A stretch of 64,000 nucleotides of DNA from Longimicrobiales bacterium (GCA_965204735.1 OZ242008.1:1760001-1824000), one strand, 5' to 3'. Shown: positions 9,933 through 27,037, counted from the stretch's first letter. Notes: generated by a model from the letters alone, not told the origin. A program made the numbers and translations.

Positions 9933-10682
9933 GTGAAGATCACGGTTTGCGTCAAGCGCGTTCCCGACACCGAGACTCGGATTCGCATCGCGGACAGCGG
10001 CGCCGAGATCGACGGGGACGGGGTCAAGTACGTGCTGAGTCCCTACGACGAGTTTGCTCTCGAGGCCGCTCTTCAGCTCGTGGAGGAAGCGGGTGCCGGC
10101 ACGGTCGCCGTGCTGAGCTTCGGCGACGACGCCACCAAGGAGTCGCTGCGGTCGGCGCTGGCGCTGGGCGCCCACCAGGCGTTGCTGCTCAAGGGCGAGC
10201 CCACAATGGACGGATGGGCCACGGCCCAGACCCTGGCGGCGGAGCTTGGGTCGGCCGACTCCGATCTGGCGCTCTTCGGGGTGAAGGCCGTGGACGGCGA
10301 CCAGCAGCAGGTGGGACCGATGGTGGCCGAGCTCCTGAACCGACCGTGCGCCACGGCCGTCGCGTCGATGGAAGTTGGCGACGGCGTGGTGGTGTGCCGG
10401 CGCGCGGTGGAGGGTGGACAGGAGGTCGTGGAGCTGGACCTGCCCGCCGTGGCGACGATCACCAAGGGCAAGTACGAGCCCCGATACGCGTCGCTTCGGG
10501 GCATCATGGCGGCAAAGCGCAAGCCCCTGCAGGAGAAGGAAGCGGCTCTGGTCGAGCCGGGGTTCGCCGTGGAGGCGCTGGAGCTTCCCCCGTCGCGGCC
10601 GGAGGGACGGATCGTGGGCGAAGGCCCGGGCGCGGCGTCCGAGCTGGTCCGGCTCTTGCGGGAAGAGGCGAAGGCGCTGTGA
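9933..10682 (+). CDS. etfB: Electron transfer flavoprotein beta subunit
   Basis: KITVCVKRVPDTE, PYDEFALEAAL and PRYASLRGIMAAKRKP. RBS GGAG before the GTG start. Confidence 0.95.
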   Translation: MKITVCVKRVPDTETRIRIADSGAEIDGDGVKYVLSPYDEFALEAALQLVEEAGAGTVAVLSFGDDATKESLRSALALGAHQALLLKGEPTMDGWATAQTLAAELGSADSDLALFGVKAVDGDQQQVGPMVAELLNRPCATAVASMEVGDGVVVCRRAVEGGQEVVELDLPAVATITKGKYEPRYASLRGIMAAKRKPLQEKEAALVEPGFAVEALELPPSRPEGRIVGEGPGAASELVRLLREEAKAL

Positions 10683-11707
10683 CGACGCGCAACGTTCTTG
10701 TCGTGGCCGAAGCGGCCGACGGACGGCTTCGAGGGGTGTCGCGGGAGGTGGCGTCGGCGGCCCGGACGGTGGCCAACGCCCTGGGCGGCGAGGTTCACGC
10801 CTTCGCGGCCGGAGGGCCCGGGACGGCGGAAGCGGCTGCCGAGCTGGCCGGCTTCGGCGCCGAGAGGCTCGTGGTTGCAGAGTTGAAGGAGCCGGCGGCC
10901 GGCGGTCCAGGCGCCCACGCGGCGGTGCTGGCCGAGCATGTTCGCGCCGAGGGCTGCGCGGCCGTCTTCTTCGCTGCCACGACGTGGGGCAAGGACGTGG
11001 CCCCGCGGGCGGCGGCCAAGCTGGGCGTGTCCCTCCTCTCCGACGCGACGGCGCTCGCGGTCGACGGGGGCGACCTGCTGGTCGTTCGCCCGGTCTTCGC
11101 CGGCAAGGCGCTGGCGCGGGTCCGCCTCCCCTGCTCCCCGGCCGTGGTCTCTCTCCGACCCAACGTCTTCCCCGCCAGGGAAGTCCCCGGGCCCGCCACC
11201 CCGGCGGAGCTGCTCGCGGACCGGGCGGCCGCAGGGGCGCCGACGAGCTCGAGCAGCAGGGACGGAGGCGCTGGCGGCTACCGGGTGAAGGGCTTCGAAG
11301 CCGCCGGCGCCGCTGCGGTCGACGTGGCCGAAGCCGCCGTGGTGGTGTCGGGCGGGCGGGGAATGCAGGGTCCCGAGAATTGGCACGTGCTGGAGGATCT
11401 GCGCGACGCGCTGGGCGAGACGGCCGCTCTCGGCGCTTCCCGCGCCGTGGTGGATGCCGGATGGCGGCCCCACGCCGAGCAGGTGGGCCAAACGGGGAAG
11501 ACGGTCACGCCAACGCTCTACTTCGCGCTGGGCATATCCGGCGCCATCCAGCACTTGGCGGGCATGCGGACCTCCGGCGTGATCGTCGCCGTCAACCGCG
11601 ACCCGGACGCCCCGATCTTCGGGGTCGCCGACTACGGGATCGTGGGCGACGTCTTCGAGGTCGTCCCCGAGCTGGCAGCGGAGGTCCGCAAGTTGCGGGA
11701 AGAGTGA
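10679..11707 (+). CDS. etfA: Electron transfer flavoprotein alpha subunit
   Basis: [40 protein letters not shown] and [13 protein letters not shown] overlap with etfB. Confidence 0.95.
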   Translation: MTTRNVLVVAEAADGRLRGVSREVASAARTVANALGGEVHAFAAGGPGTAEAAAELAGFGAERLVVAELKEPAAGGPGAHAAVLAEHVRAEGCAAVFFAATTWGKDVAPRAAAKLGVSLLSDATALAVDGGDLLVVRPVFAGKALARVRLPCSPAVVSLRPNVFPAREVPGPATPAELLADRAAAGAPTSSSSRDGGAGGYRVKGFEAAGAAAVDVAEAAVVVSGGRGMQGPENWHVLEDLRDALGETAALGASRAVVDAGWRPHAEQVGQTGKTVTPTLYFALGISGAIQHLAGMRTSGVIVAVNRDPDAPIFGVADYGIVGDVFEVVPELAAEVRKLREE

Positions 11708-11786
11708 CGCAACGGGTGGACGCGCGTGCCCGGCCGAGGACCGCGCGCTCTACAGGACGAAGCGCAGGACGACGCGCTCGAGGACC

Positions 11787-12410
11787 TCATCCGCTTCCGC
11801 GGTCCGACCACTCCGCCCGGAGAAGCGCCCAACCGGCGACCGCCGCGTAGCCGGCCCCGAACGCTGCGCCGCCCAGCCCTTGGCCGGAAGCCGCGTCGCC
11901 GAGGGCAAAGGCCAGCAGGACCGCGGCCGCGAAGGCTGCGAGAAGGCTGGCCAGGTTCGTCGCCGCCCACAGTGCGGGCCGGCGCGTCCGCCGCTGCGCG
12001 AAGATCCACAGCCCAACCGTGAAGGCGGCCAAGCCGGCCGCGGCGCCCGCCGCTGCCGCCGCCTCCGCGCTGGCCACGTCGCCCGTCGCCGACCAGACGC
12101 CCAGCCCCAGCGCGCCGCCGCCGGCGCCCGACAACGGCAGCCCGAAGAGGAGCGACCTCGCCCACGCCACGCGCCGCCGTCCGATCAGCCAAAGACCCGG
12201 CGCGACCCCGAGGGTCATCCCGCCCAACACCAGGGCGCCGATCGCCACCTCGGCGGCCACGTCGCCCAGCGCCTCCCCGACGGCCCAGCCCAACGGCTCG
12301 CTCAGGTGCCGGGCCGCGAACGCCGCCGCCCCGGCGCCGGCGGCGCTGGCGAGCACGCCCTGCAACCACGCTGTCCAATCCCGCGGACTCGACTCCGTCA
12401 TCTCGACCAT
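11787..12410 (-). CDS. Hypothetical membrane protein
   Basis: 207 aa, Ala/Gly-rich with about 6 hydrophobic helices; purine-rich RBS upstream; follows the gamma-CA gene on the same strand. Confidence 0.6.
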   Translation of the reverse strand: MVEMTESSPRDWTAWLQGVLASAAGAGAAAFAARHLSEPLGWAVGEALGDVAAEVAIGALVLGGMTLGVAPGLWLIGRRRVAWARSLLFGLPLSGAGGGALGLGVWSATGDVASAEAAAAAGAAAGLAAFTVGLWIFAQRRTRRPALWAATNLASLLAAFAAAVLLAFALGDAASGQGLGGAAFGAGYAAVAGWALLRAEWSDRGSG

Positions 12411-12452
12411 TCCTCTCTCCCTTCGCCGTTCCCTCGTCGCCCGCCCCGTCGC

Positions 12453-13064
12453 TTACGGGTCGCTGCAGTCCCGCTGGTACCCGCAGTTCAGGCACAGCGC
12501 CTTGCAGTGCCGCTCCAGCACCGGCCCGCCGCACAGCTCGCACCCCGACTCGGCCATGTACCGGCGGCTGAGCGCCACGTAGTGCGCCGCGCTTCGCTCC
12601 GTCCACTCCGCCGCCCCCGCGCTCAGGGGCCGGACCCGCCCCGGCACCCCCGCCACCAGCCGTCGGTCCGGCACGACCGACCCTTCCTTCACCACCGCCC
12701 CCGCCGCGATCACGCACCCCTCGCCCACCACGGCCCGCTGGAGCACGGCGGCGCCCATTCCCACGACCGTCCTCCGCCCAATCCGGCAGCTTTCCAGCAC
12801 CGCGCCGTGCCCCACCGTCACCTCGTCCCCCACGACAGTGGCGCCCTGGGCGCTGACGTGCACCACCGCGTTGTCCTGGACGTTTGCCCGCGCCCCGATC
12901 CGGATCCCGTGCGCCGGATCGTCGCCCCTGGCCACGGCGCCGAACCACACGCTGGCCTCCTCGCCGATCTCCACGTCGCCGATCACCACCGCTCCCGGCG
13001 CCACGAACGCGCTCTCGGCGATCCGGGGACGCCGCCCCGCAAAGGCCAGCGCCCGCGCCGTCAC
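12453..13064 (-). CDS. Gamma-carbonic-anhydrase-family (hexapeptide repeat) protein with a C-terminal Cys-rich zinc-finger extension
   Basis: AFVAPGAVVIGDV, SVWFGAVARGD, NVQDNAVVH, TVGHGAVL and GVPGR. C-terminus is CELCGGPVLERHCKALCLNCGYQRDCSDP. The GTG start overlaps the upstream stop. Confidence 0.88.
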   Translation of the reverse strand: MTARALAFAGRRPRIAESAFVAPGAVVIGDVEIGEEASVWFGAVARGDDPAHGIRIGARANVQDNAVVHVSAQGATVVGDEVTVGHGAVLESCRIGRRTVVGMGAAVLQRAVVGEGCVIAAGAVVKEGSVVPDRRLVAGVPGRVRPLSAGAAEWTERSAAHYVALSRRYMAESGCELCGGPVLERHCKALCLNCGYQRDCSDP

Positions 13065-14338
13065 CGCCCGCCCGCCCGCCCCGCGACCGTGTTCTCGTCC
13101 CCCGAGGCCGCCGGCCGCCGCAGCTTGGCCCGGAGCACCTGCGTGTCCGACGCCTCCACCACCTCGATCCGCACCCCGTCGGCCATGAACGACGCTCCCG
13201 GCTCGGGCACGTGCCCCAGCTCCTCCAGGATGAACCCGTTGAGGGAGCGGTTCTCGCCCGCCGGCAGGGCGAAGCCGAAGCGCTGGTTGATCTCCCGCAG
13301 CTCCGCGCTTCCCGCCGCCGCGATCTCGTCCTCCGACACTCGGGTCAGGGGCTCCTCGTCCACGTCGGTCTCGTCCACGATCTCGCCGACCAGCTCCTCC
13401 AGCACGTCCTCCAAGGTGATCAGCCCGTCGGTGCCGCCGAACTCGTCGGCCACGATCCCCATGTGGACCCGCTGGGCGCGGAAGAGGGCCAGCAGCTTCG
13501 CCAGCGACAGGGACCCCGGCACGAACATGGGCTCTCGGGCCAGCTCGGAGAGGGGCACGCCCCGCCGCCCCGCCACGTAGGCCTGGTACGCCTCCCGCGC
13601 GTGAAGTATGCCCGTCACGTCGTCCACGCTCTCGCCGTACACGGGAACCCGCGAGTGGGGCACGGACTCCAGCTCGGGCACGATCTCCTCCAGCAAGCGC
13701 GAGTCCTTCCACGCGAAGATGTCGACGCGGGGCGTCATCGCGTCCCAGGCGTCCAGCTCGTCCAGCTGGAACGCCCTTTCCACCAGCCGGTGCTCGTCGG
13801 GCTGGACCACTCCTTCGTCGGCCCCGATCTCCAGCGCCTCCCGAACCTGGAGCTCCTCCGCCGAAGCCCCCCCGCCCGTCGCCTTCCGCGGCAACAGCCT
13901 CTCCACGACCCGCAAGGGCAGCATGAGCCACCCGAAGAAGCCCGACCCGCGCTGGAGGAAGGGCGCCGCGGCAAGGGCCAAGCGCACCGGCCGTCTGCTC
14001 GCCAGCCCGCGGGGCACCAAGTCTCCCGCCAGCAGCATGACCAGCCACAGCGCCGGAGCCGCCCACAGTCCCGCCGTCCCCCAGCCCGACGCGGCCGCGC
14101 CCATGCCGGCGGCCATCGCGCCCAAGTAGCACACCGTGCGAAGCACCGCCAGGGGAGACGTGGCCAACTCGTCCACGCGCAGCGCCGACAGGGCCTCGGC
14201 GCCGGCGAAGCCTTCGTCGGCCAGCAGCCGAGCCCGGGACTCGCTGATCCGGAGGACGGCGGTGAGGGCTGCCGTGAGCGCGCCGGAGAGTCCCAGCAGC
14301 GCGGCGGACGCAACCACCAGTCCCGCCGTCAGCCACAT
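13061..14338 (-). CDS. CNNM/CorC (HlyC/TlyC) family: DUF21 + CBS pair + CorC domain
   Basis: TM region, then AMTPRVDI, HSRVPVY and HMGIVADEFGGTDGLITLEDVLEELVGEIVDETD. Confidence 0.92.
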   Translation of the reverse strand: MWLTAGLVVASAALLGLSGALTAALTAVLRISESRARLLADEGFAGAEALSALRVDELATSPLAVLRTVCYLGAMAAGMGAAASGWGTAGLWAAPALWLVMLLAGDLVPRGLASRRPVRLALAAAPFLQRGSGFFGWLMLPLRVVERLLPRKATGGGASAEELQVREALEIGADEGVVQPDEHRLVERAFQLDELDAWDAMTPRVDIFAWKDSRLLEEIVPELESVPHSRVPVYGESVDDVTGILHAREAYQAYVAGRRGVPLSELAREPMFVPGSLSLAKLLALFRAQRVHMGIVADEFGGTDGLITLEDVLEELVGEIVDETDVDEEPLTRVSEDEIAAAGSAELREINQRFGFALPAGENRSLNGFILEELGHVPEPGASFMADGVRIEVVEASDTQVLRAKLRRPAASGDENTVAGRAGGR

Positions 14339-14387
14339 GACGCGACCTCTTCTCGACTAGGAGGCTGGTCCTCCTGCGGACGAGCCT

Positions 14388-15428
14388 CTACGTCCACTTC
14401 CGGCTCTCGCTGATCAGCTCGGCGATCACGTCCCGCGTGCTCAGCCCCTCGGCCTCGCCGTCGAAGTTCACCACGATCCGATGCGCCAGGATCGCCGGCG
14501 CGATCTGATGGACGTCCTCCATCGTGGGCATGGGCGCGCCCCGAAACGCGGCCCGGGCCTTCGCGCCCAGCACCAAGTACTGGGAGGCCCGAGGACCCGC
14601 CCCCCAGCTGACGTAGCGCTTCGCCACCGCAGCCTGCTCGGCGCCGCCGGGGCGCGTGGAACGGGCCAGCCTGACCGCATAGCCGACGATCGACGGCGGC
14701 GCCGGGATCCGCCGGACCAGCCGCTGAAGCTCGATGATCTCGTCGCCATGGACCACGGGCTCGACCCGCACGTCCTGCACCTCCGTGGCGAGGGTGGCGA
14801 TCTTCTCCTCTTCCTCCCGGTCCGGGTACCCGATCCGCAGGTCGAACATGAAGCGGTCCAGCTGGGCTTCGGGGAGCGGGTAGGTTCCCTCCTGCTCGAT
14901 GGGGTTCTGGGTCGCCAGCACGAAGAACGGCGGGTCCAGGTGGTAGGTCTTGCCGGCAGCGGTCACGTCCCGTTCCTGCATCGCCTCCAGCAGGGCGGCC
15001 TGGGTCTTGGGAGGGGTCCGGTTGATCTCGTCGGCCAGCACGATGTTCGCGAAGATCGGTCCCGCCACGAACCGGAAGACCCGCTTGCCGGTGATCTTGT
15101 CCTCCTCGATCACGTCCGTCCCGGTGATGTCGGTGGGCATCAGGTCCGGCGTGAACTGAATGCGCGAGAACTTGAGGTGGAGTGCGTCGGCCAACGTGGA
15201 GATGATCAGCGTCTTGGCCAGTCCGGGCACGCCCACGAGCAGCACGTGCCCGTTGGCCATCATCGCCGTGAGGATGCCGTCCACGATGTGCTGCTGGCCG
15301 ACGATCCGACGCTCGACGGCCGTTCGCAGCTCGCCGGCGATCTCGCCCGCCCGCCGCAGGAGCCGGACGTCCCGGTCGGCGGCCAGGTCGCGGCCCGCCG
15401 GAGCGGGAGGGGAGGACACTGGATTCAT
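14388..15428 (-). CDS. moxR: MoxR-family AAA+ ATPase
   Basis: GVPGLAKT, RIQFTPDLMPTD, LADEINRTPPKTQAALLEAMQE and ATQNPIEQEGTYPLPEAQLDRF. Confidence 0.95.
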   Translation of the reverse strand: MNPVSSPPAPAGRDLAADRDVRLLRRAGEIAGELRTAVERRIVGQQHIVDGILTAMMANGHVLLVGVPGLAKTLIISTLADALHLKFSRIQFTPDLMPTDITGTDVIEEDKITGKRVFRFVAGPIFANIVLADEINRTPPKTQAALLEAMQERDVTAAGKTYHLDPPFFVLATQNPIEQEGTYPLPEAQLDRFMFDLRIGYPDREEEEKIATLATEVQDVRVEPVVHGDEIIELQRLVRRIPAPPSIVGYAVRLARSTRPGGAEQAAVAKRYVSWGAGPRASQYLVLGAKARAAFRGAPMPTMEDVHQIAPAILAHRIVVNFDGEAEGLSTRDVIAELISESRKWT

Positions 15429-15548
15429 GGGAAGCGAAGATAGGCCAGGGCCGTTTCTCGGGTCAACCCGATTCGGGCGCTTCCCGTGCCGGCCCGAAGG
15501 TCCGGGAACCCTCGCCCAAAGGTCCGGGAAGCCCGTCGGCTCGTCGGC

Positions 15549-15576
15549 TTGCGAATTTTTTCACAAGCACTAGCTT
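15549..15576 (+). promoter_or_regulatory. Putative atp operon promoter TTGCGA-16-TAGCTT
   Basis: Sigma70-like boxes with an AT-rich spacer, followed by RBS GGAGG and GTG 15600. Confidence 0.55.
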
Positions 15577-15599
15577 TCGACACGAAACGGAGGTCGATC

Positions 15600-15857
15600 G
15601 TGGAGGAAGGCCGGACGCGAGAGGCGGGGCCTCGCGGAGGCGCCGGGGGGCTCGAAAGGTACGCCGGCTACGGCATCGCTTGGGTCCTGGCGGCGCTCCT
15701 TGGGGGCTGGGCCGGCTTGGCGCTGGACAGGCGGCTCGGCACCGCTCCGCTGCTGACGCTGCTCGGAGCCTTCGCGGGAGCGGGGGCGGGACTGTACACT
15801 CTCTACGCGCGGCTCGTGCTGGAGCCCGCCGAGAAGGAGAAGGACCGAGAGGAATGA
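15600..15857 (+). CDS. AtpZ/AtpI-family small membrane protein
   Basis: GWAGLALDRRLGTAPLLTLLGAFAG pattern; first gene of the atp operon. Confidence 0.8.
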   Translation: MEEGRTREAGPRGGAGGLERYAGYGIAWVLAALLGGWAGLALDRRLGTAPLLTLLGAFAGAGAGLYTLYARLVLEPAEKEKDREE

Positions 15858-16230
15858 ACCGGCAACCGCCGTTCTACGCCGCCGCCTTCCTGCTGGTGCT
15901 GGCGGGGGGCGCCGCGGCGTGGCCCTTCCTCGAAGGAACGGGCCGGACCGCCGTGGCCTGGGCAGCGCTCCTGTGCTTGGCCGTCCAGCTTCCGCTCCAC
16001 GCCCTGACGAGGGGCTGGCGGCGCAGCGCCGAGAAGTTCGTGAAGGCCGTCGCCTTCTCGTTCGCGGTCAGGGCGGCGTCCGTCGTCGCGGCGGTCGTCC
16101 TCGTGGTGGTCCCGGAGCGCGCGGCCCCGGCGCCGTTCCTCTTGGCGCTGGCGGTCTTCCTCGTCTCGACTTCGCTGGTCGAGGCCGTCCTGGAGTCCCG
16201 GGCGCCGCCGGCCGGAAGGCCCGCCGAAGC

Positions 16231-16234
<4 letters not shown>
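15854..16234 (+). CDS. ATP synthase protein I-like membrane protein
   Basis: Four hydrophobic helices; lies between the atpZ-like gene and atpB with ATGA overlaps on both sides. Confidence 0.65.
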
Positions 16235-17409
<1,175 letters not shown>

Positions 17410-17410
<1 letters not shown>

Positions 17411-17976
17411 TGACGCCGGCTGGGGGCGTGCTCCTCGGGCCGTGGGCGGCCGCGGCCGAAGGGGGCTGGAGCAGCCTCTTCACGCCCGACTGGGGCCTCT
17501 CCGTCTGGACGTGGGCGACCTTCCTGGTCATGCTCGCCGTCCTCGGCCGCTTCGCTTGGAAGCCCCTTCTCGGCGCCCTCGAAGCGCGGGAGAAGGGCAT
17601 CCAGGACGAGATCGACGAGGCCAAGCGGCGCCGTGAAGAGGCCGACCGGGTTCTGGCCGAGCAACGGGCGCAGCTGGCCGAAGGCCGCCGCCAAGCCCAA
17701 GCCGTGGTCGCCGAGAGCAGGGCCGCCGCCGCCAAGCTGCAGAAGGAGCTGGAGGCCAGGGCCAGGGAAGAAGCACAGGCGATCCTCGACGCCGCCCGCC
17801 GGGACATCCGCCGGGAGCGCGACGCCGCAGTGGAGGTGGTCCGACGAGAAGCCGTGGAGCTGGCCCTGGCCGCGGCGGAGCGCCTTGTGGGCGAGCGGAT
17901 GGACGGCGAGCGGGATCGAAGGCTGGTCATGAGCTGCATCGACGACATCTCCGGGTCCGCCGGCTTCAGGGCGTGA
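17410..17976 (+). CDS. atpF: F0 subunit b
   Basis: TM helix, FAWKPLLGALEARE and a long coiled coil. Confidence 0.93.
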
Positions 17977-18560
17977 GAGAAGCCACCGTCGCCCGCAGCT
18001 ACGCCGAGACCCTCTTCGCACTGGCGGAGGGCCACGACGGCGTCGAGGCGTTCGGCCAAGCCGTCGACGCCGTGGCCCGCCTCTGCGAGGACGCTCGGGT
18101 GCGGGAGTTCCTGGCCACGCCGCGAATCCCGGCCGCCGCCAAGAAGGGAGCGCTGGAGAAGGCGCTGGGTCCCATGTCGCATCCCCTCTTCCTCGCCTTC
18201 CTCAAGGTGGTCGTGGACAAGGGACGGCAGCGGCTGATCCCCCGGATCGCCGAAGAGTACGGGCTGCTCCTGGACCGGCGCATGGGTCGCCGCTACGTGG
18301 AGGTCACGGTGGCGAGGCCTCTGGACGAAGCCGCGCTGGGCGAGCTGGCGCGACGGATGTCCAAGGCGACGGGACTCACGATCGTTCCCGCCGTGAAGGT
18401 GGTTCCCGGCATCCTGGGAGGAATCGTGATCCGCGACGGCGACACGGTCTACGACGGCTCCCTCAGGCGCAGGCTGGGAACGATGCGGCGACGCCTTCTG
18501 GGGGCGAAGCTTCCGGTCGGCGCGCAACCGCCAACGACAACGAACCACAGGAACGAATAG
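17973..18560 (+). CDS. atpH: F1 subunit delta
   Basis: [10 protein letters not shown] and [19 protein letters not shown]. Confidence 0.94.
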   Translation: MREATVARSYAETLFALAEGHDGVEAFGQAVDAVARLCEDARVREFLATPRIPAAAKKGALEKALGPMSHPLFLAFLKVVVDKGRQRLIPRIAEEYGLLLDRRMGRRYVEVTVARPLDEAALGELARRMSKATGLTIVPAVKVVPGILGGIVIRDGDTVYDGSLRRRLGTMRRRLLGAKLPVGAQPPTTTNHRNE

Positions 18561-18564
18561 ACGA

Positions 18565-20115
18565 ATGGCAGACACCCAGCTTCGCGCGGGCGAGCTCAAG
18601 GGCGTGCTCCTGGCCGAGATCGAGCGCTACGACCAGGTCCTGGACGCCGAGGAAGTGGGCGAGGTCCTCGAGGTCAAGGACGGGGTGGCCCGCATCTACG
18701 GCCTCACCCGGGCCATGGCCAGCGAGATGCTCGAGATCACCTCGGGCGAGACCGGCGACACCGTCACCGCCTTGGCGCTGAACCTCGAGGAGGACAACAT
18801 CGGCGCCGTGGTGATGGGGGAGTGGGCCGGACTCCACGAGGGCGACGAGGTGCGCCGCACCGGCCGCGTTCTGGACGTGCCCGTGGGCGACGGCTACCTG
18901 GGCCGCGTCGTGGACGCCCTGGGAGCCCCGGTCGACGGCGGACCCGAGATCGAGACCGCAGGCCGGCGCCAGATCGACGTCGTGGCGCCCGGGATCGTCA
19001 AGCGCCAGCCGGTGAAGGAGCCGCTCCAGACGGGCATCAAGGCGATCGACGCCATGATCCCCATCGGCAGGGGTCAGCGCGAGCTCGTCATCGGCGACCG
19101 CCAGACCGGCAAGACGGCGATCGCCGTGGACGCCATCATCAACCAGCGCGACACGGACGTCGTGTGCATCTACTGCGCCGTGGGCCAGCGGGCGGGGCAG
19201 GTCGCCGGGGTGGTCGAGACCCTGCGCCACCACGGCGCCATGGAGTACACGATCGTGGTCGCGGCCAACGCCTCCGATCCGGCCCCGATGCAGTACATCG
19301 CCCCGTACTCGGCCACCGCCCTGGCGGAGGACTTCATGTGGCGGGGCAAGCACGTCCTCGTCGTCTACGACGATCTGTCGAAGCAGGCCCAGGCGTACCG
19401 GCAGCTCTCCCTCGTGCTCCGGCGCCCGCCGGGCCGCGAGGCGTATCCGGGAGACGTCTTCTACCTCCACTCCCGCCTCTTGGAGCGCGCCGCCAAGCTC
19501 TCGGACGAGCTGGGCGGAGGCTCGCTGACCGCCCTTCCCATCATCGAGACCCAGGCGGGCGACGTGTCGGCGTACATCCCGACGAACGTCATCTCCATCA
19601 CCGACGGCCAGATCTACCTGGAGCCCGACCTCTTCAACTCGGGGGTGCGGCCGGCGGTCAACGTGGGCATCTCCGTCTCCCGGGTGGGCGGCGCCGCCCA
19701 GGTCAAGGCCATGAAGACGGTGGCGGGCCGCCTGCGGCTGGACCTGGCCCAGTTCCGCGCGATGGAGACGTTCGCCCAGTTCGCCTCGGACCTGGACGCC
19801 GCCACCCAGCGGCAGCTGGCCCGGGGCCAGCGCACGGTCGAGATCCTCAAGCAGCCCCAGTACCGGCCCGTGCCGGTGGAGCGGCAGATCGTGGCGATCT
19901 ACGCCGTCACCAACGACTACCTGGACGACGTGGATCTGTCCAAGGTGCGCGAGTGGGAGCAGGGCTTCCTGGAGTTCGTCGAGAGCCGCTTCAACGACGT
20001 CTTCGCCGGCCTGAGGCAAGAGGGGAAGCTCACCGACGACATCGAAGGCCGCCTGAAGGAGGCGATCGGCGAGTACGCCGCGGCGTTCGAGGCCCAAGCC
20101 CAGGTCGGCGCCTGA
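18565..20115 (+). CDS. atpA: F1 subunit alpha
   Basis: GDRQTGKT and [24 protein letters not shown]. Confidence 0.98.
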   Translation: MADTQLRAGELKGVLLAEIERYDQVLDAEEVGEVLEVKDGVARIYGLTRAMASEMLEITSGETGDTVTALALNLEEDNIGAVVMGEWAGLHEGDEVRRTGRVLDVPVGDGYLGRVVDALGAPVDGGPEIETAGRRQIDVVAPGIVKRQPVKEPLQTGIKAIDAMIPIGRGQRELVIGDRQTGKTAIAVDAIINQRDTDVVCIYCAVGQRAGQVAGVVETLRHHGAMEYTIVVAANASDPAPMQYIAPYSATALAEDFMWRGKHVLVVYDDLSKQAQAYRQLSLVLRRPPGREAYPGDVFYLHSRLLERAAKLSDELGGGSLTALPIIETQAGDVSAYIPTNVISITDGQIYLEPDLFNSGVRPAVNVGISVSRVGGAAQVKAMKTVAGRLRLDLAQFRAMETFAQFASDLDAATQRQLARGQRTVEILKQPQYRPVPVERQIVAIYAVTNDYLDDVDLSKVREWEQGFLEFVESRFNDVFAGLRQEGKLTDDIEGRLKEAIGEYAAAFEAQAQVGA

Positions 20116-20116
20116 C

Positions 20117-22442
<2,326 letters not shown>

Positions 22443-22446
22443 CGCG

Positions 22447-22707
22447 ATGGCCAAGGCGCTGAAGCTCCACGTGCTGACGCCCGCAGGCGCCGTCTTCAAG
22501 GGAAGCGCCCGCTCGCTGGTGGCGCCGGCGTGGGACGGTCGCGTGGGGGTCCTGCCGGGACACGCCCCGTTCCTGACTCTCTTGGGCGAAGGTCCTCTGG
22601 CGGTGCGCACCGATTCCGGCGACGCCCGCGAGTTCGGCGTCTCGGGCGGCGTCATGAAAGTCGAGTCCGACGACGTGACCGTATTGGCCGACCGAGTCCT
22701 CGAATGA
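22447..22707 (+). CDS. atpC: F1 subunit epsilon (short, beta-sandwich domain only)
   Basis: LHVLTP, GVLPGHAP, VSGG and VTVLAD; 86 aa. Confidence 0.92.
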   Translation: MAKALKLHVLTPAGAVFKGSARSLVAPAWDGRVGVLPGHAPFLTLLGEGPLAVRTDSGDAREFGVSGGVMKVESDDVTVLADRVLE

Positions 22708-23522
22708 AGCTCGACCTGCACGTCCACTCCACCGCTTCGGACGGCGTCTGCTCCCCGGACGAGGTCGTCGAGCGGGCGGCGGGCGGCGGCCTCGACGTGA
22801 TCGCGCTGGCCGACCACGACACGACCGCCGGCGTCGCCTCGGCGAAGCGCGCCGCCCGCGACCGTCCGGTCGAGGTGATCGCGGCGGTGGAGCTGAGCAG
22901 CACCTACCGCGGCGAAGACGTGCACGTCCTGGCGTACTTCCTGGACATCGAGTCGCCGGCGCTGGCGGCCCAGCGTCGCAGGGGCTTCGACCGCCGAGCG
23001 GCCCGCATGAGGGAGATGCGGGAGCGCCTCGCGGCTCAGGGAATCACCGTCACCAGCCGCCAAGTGGACGCCCAGCGCGCCTCGGGCGACGTCGCCGCGG
23101 CTCGGCCCCACTTGGCACGGGCGTTGGTGGCGGCGGGGCACGCGGTCTCGGTCCCCGACGCCTTCGCTCGGCTCATCGGCGACGGCTGTCCGGCCTATGT
23201 CCCGACGGAAGTCTCGACGCCGGAAGAGGTGATCGGCGTGGCGCTGGCTGCCGGAGGCATCCCCGTCTGGGCCCACCCGCCCGCGGCGCTGCTGGAGAAG
23301 CTGCTGCCGCCGATGCTGGATGCCGGGCTGAAGGGGCTGGAGGTCTACCGACCCCCGGGGAGGTCCGCCAGCCCGGCCAGGCTGCGGGAGATCGCCCAGG
23401 CGGAAGGGCTTCTGGTCACCGGAGGCTCGGATTGGCACGGTCCCGCCGGCGGTTCCGAGCTTGGCGACTTCTTCGTGACCGGCGATCAAGTCGCTAGCTT
23501 TCTGGAAGCGGGAGGGGCGTAG
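22704..23522 (+). CDS. PHP-domain metal-dependent phosphoesterase (TrpH/YciV-like)
   Basis: DLHVHSTASDG, LADHD, RPHLAR, WAHP and TGGSDWHG. ATGA overlap with atpC. Confidence 0.93.
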   Translation: MKLDLHVHSTASDGVCSPDEVVERAAGGGLDVIALADHDTTAGVASAKRAARDRPVEVIAAVELSSTYRGEDVHVLAYFLDIESPALAAQRRRGFDRRAARMREMRERLAAQGITVTSRQVDAQRASGDVAAARPHLARALVAAGHAVSVPDAFARLIGDGCPAYVPTEVSTPEEVIGVALAAGGIPVWAHPPAALLEKLLPPMLDAGLKGLEVYRPPGRSASPARLREIAQAEGLLVTGGSDWHGPAGGSELGDFFVTGDQVASFLEAGGA

Positions 23523-23638
23523 CCGGCCCGCACTTGCGGGAAGGGCGACCGCTCGGCCCGCGAAGGAAGTAGTTCGGCGGCTCCGGCCCAGGAGTGGTTC
23601 GGCGGCGTTGGTCCAGGAACCGCCTGGTCCGGTCGGTG

Positions 23639-23666
23639 TTGACTTTCTTCCAGGAAGGCTTACCTT
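23639..23666 (+). promoter_or_regulatory. rRNA promoter TTGACT-16-TACCTT
   Basis: Sigma70 boxes with the 16-bp spacer typical of rrn promoters, about 330 nt upstream of 23S; a boxA-like ATTCTTGACAG lies near 23786. Confidence 0.7.
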
Positions 23667-23993
23667 CCAAAGCTGTCCGCTTCACAACCGGCGGCCGGCC
23701 TTCCGCGGAGCCGTCTTGCGGCGGGTCGGCGGATCGGACGCGGCTCGCCTTCGGGCGGCGGCCGGACGACGGAGCGGACGTCAGGATTCTTGACAGCAAG
23801 GGTAGAAGGAAGGTAAAGAGCCTTAGGTCGCTCTGGCCGTCCACTCCACGGACGCCCGCTTGACGGGCGAAGCTGGACGGGCGCGCCAGGAGCGTACGTG
23901 TTGGAAAGGCGACGGTGGACTGGCCCAGTTGCGCAGCCGAACGAGGAACGGACGCAAGTCGCGGTTCGGCGTTCGGTTCGAGGAACAAGGGCT

Positions 23994-26955
<2,962 letters not shown>

Positions 26956-27037
26956 AGCACCTGTCTTTCCACCGCGTCTCTCCGACACGGAAACCGAAAG
27001 GCTCTTCCTTCCTTCTGCCCTTCTTTCTTTTTCGAAA

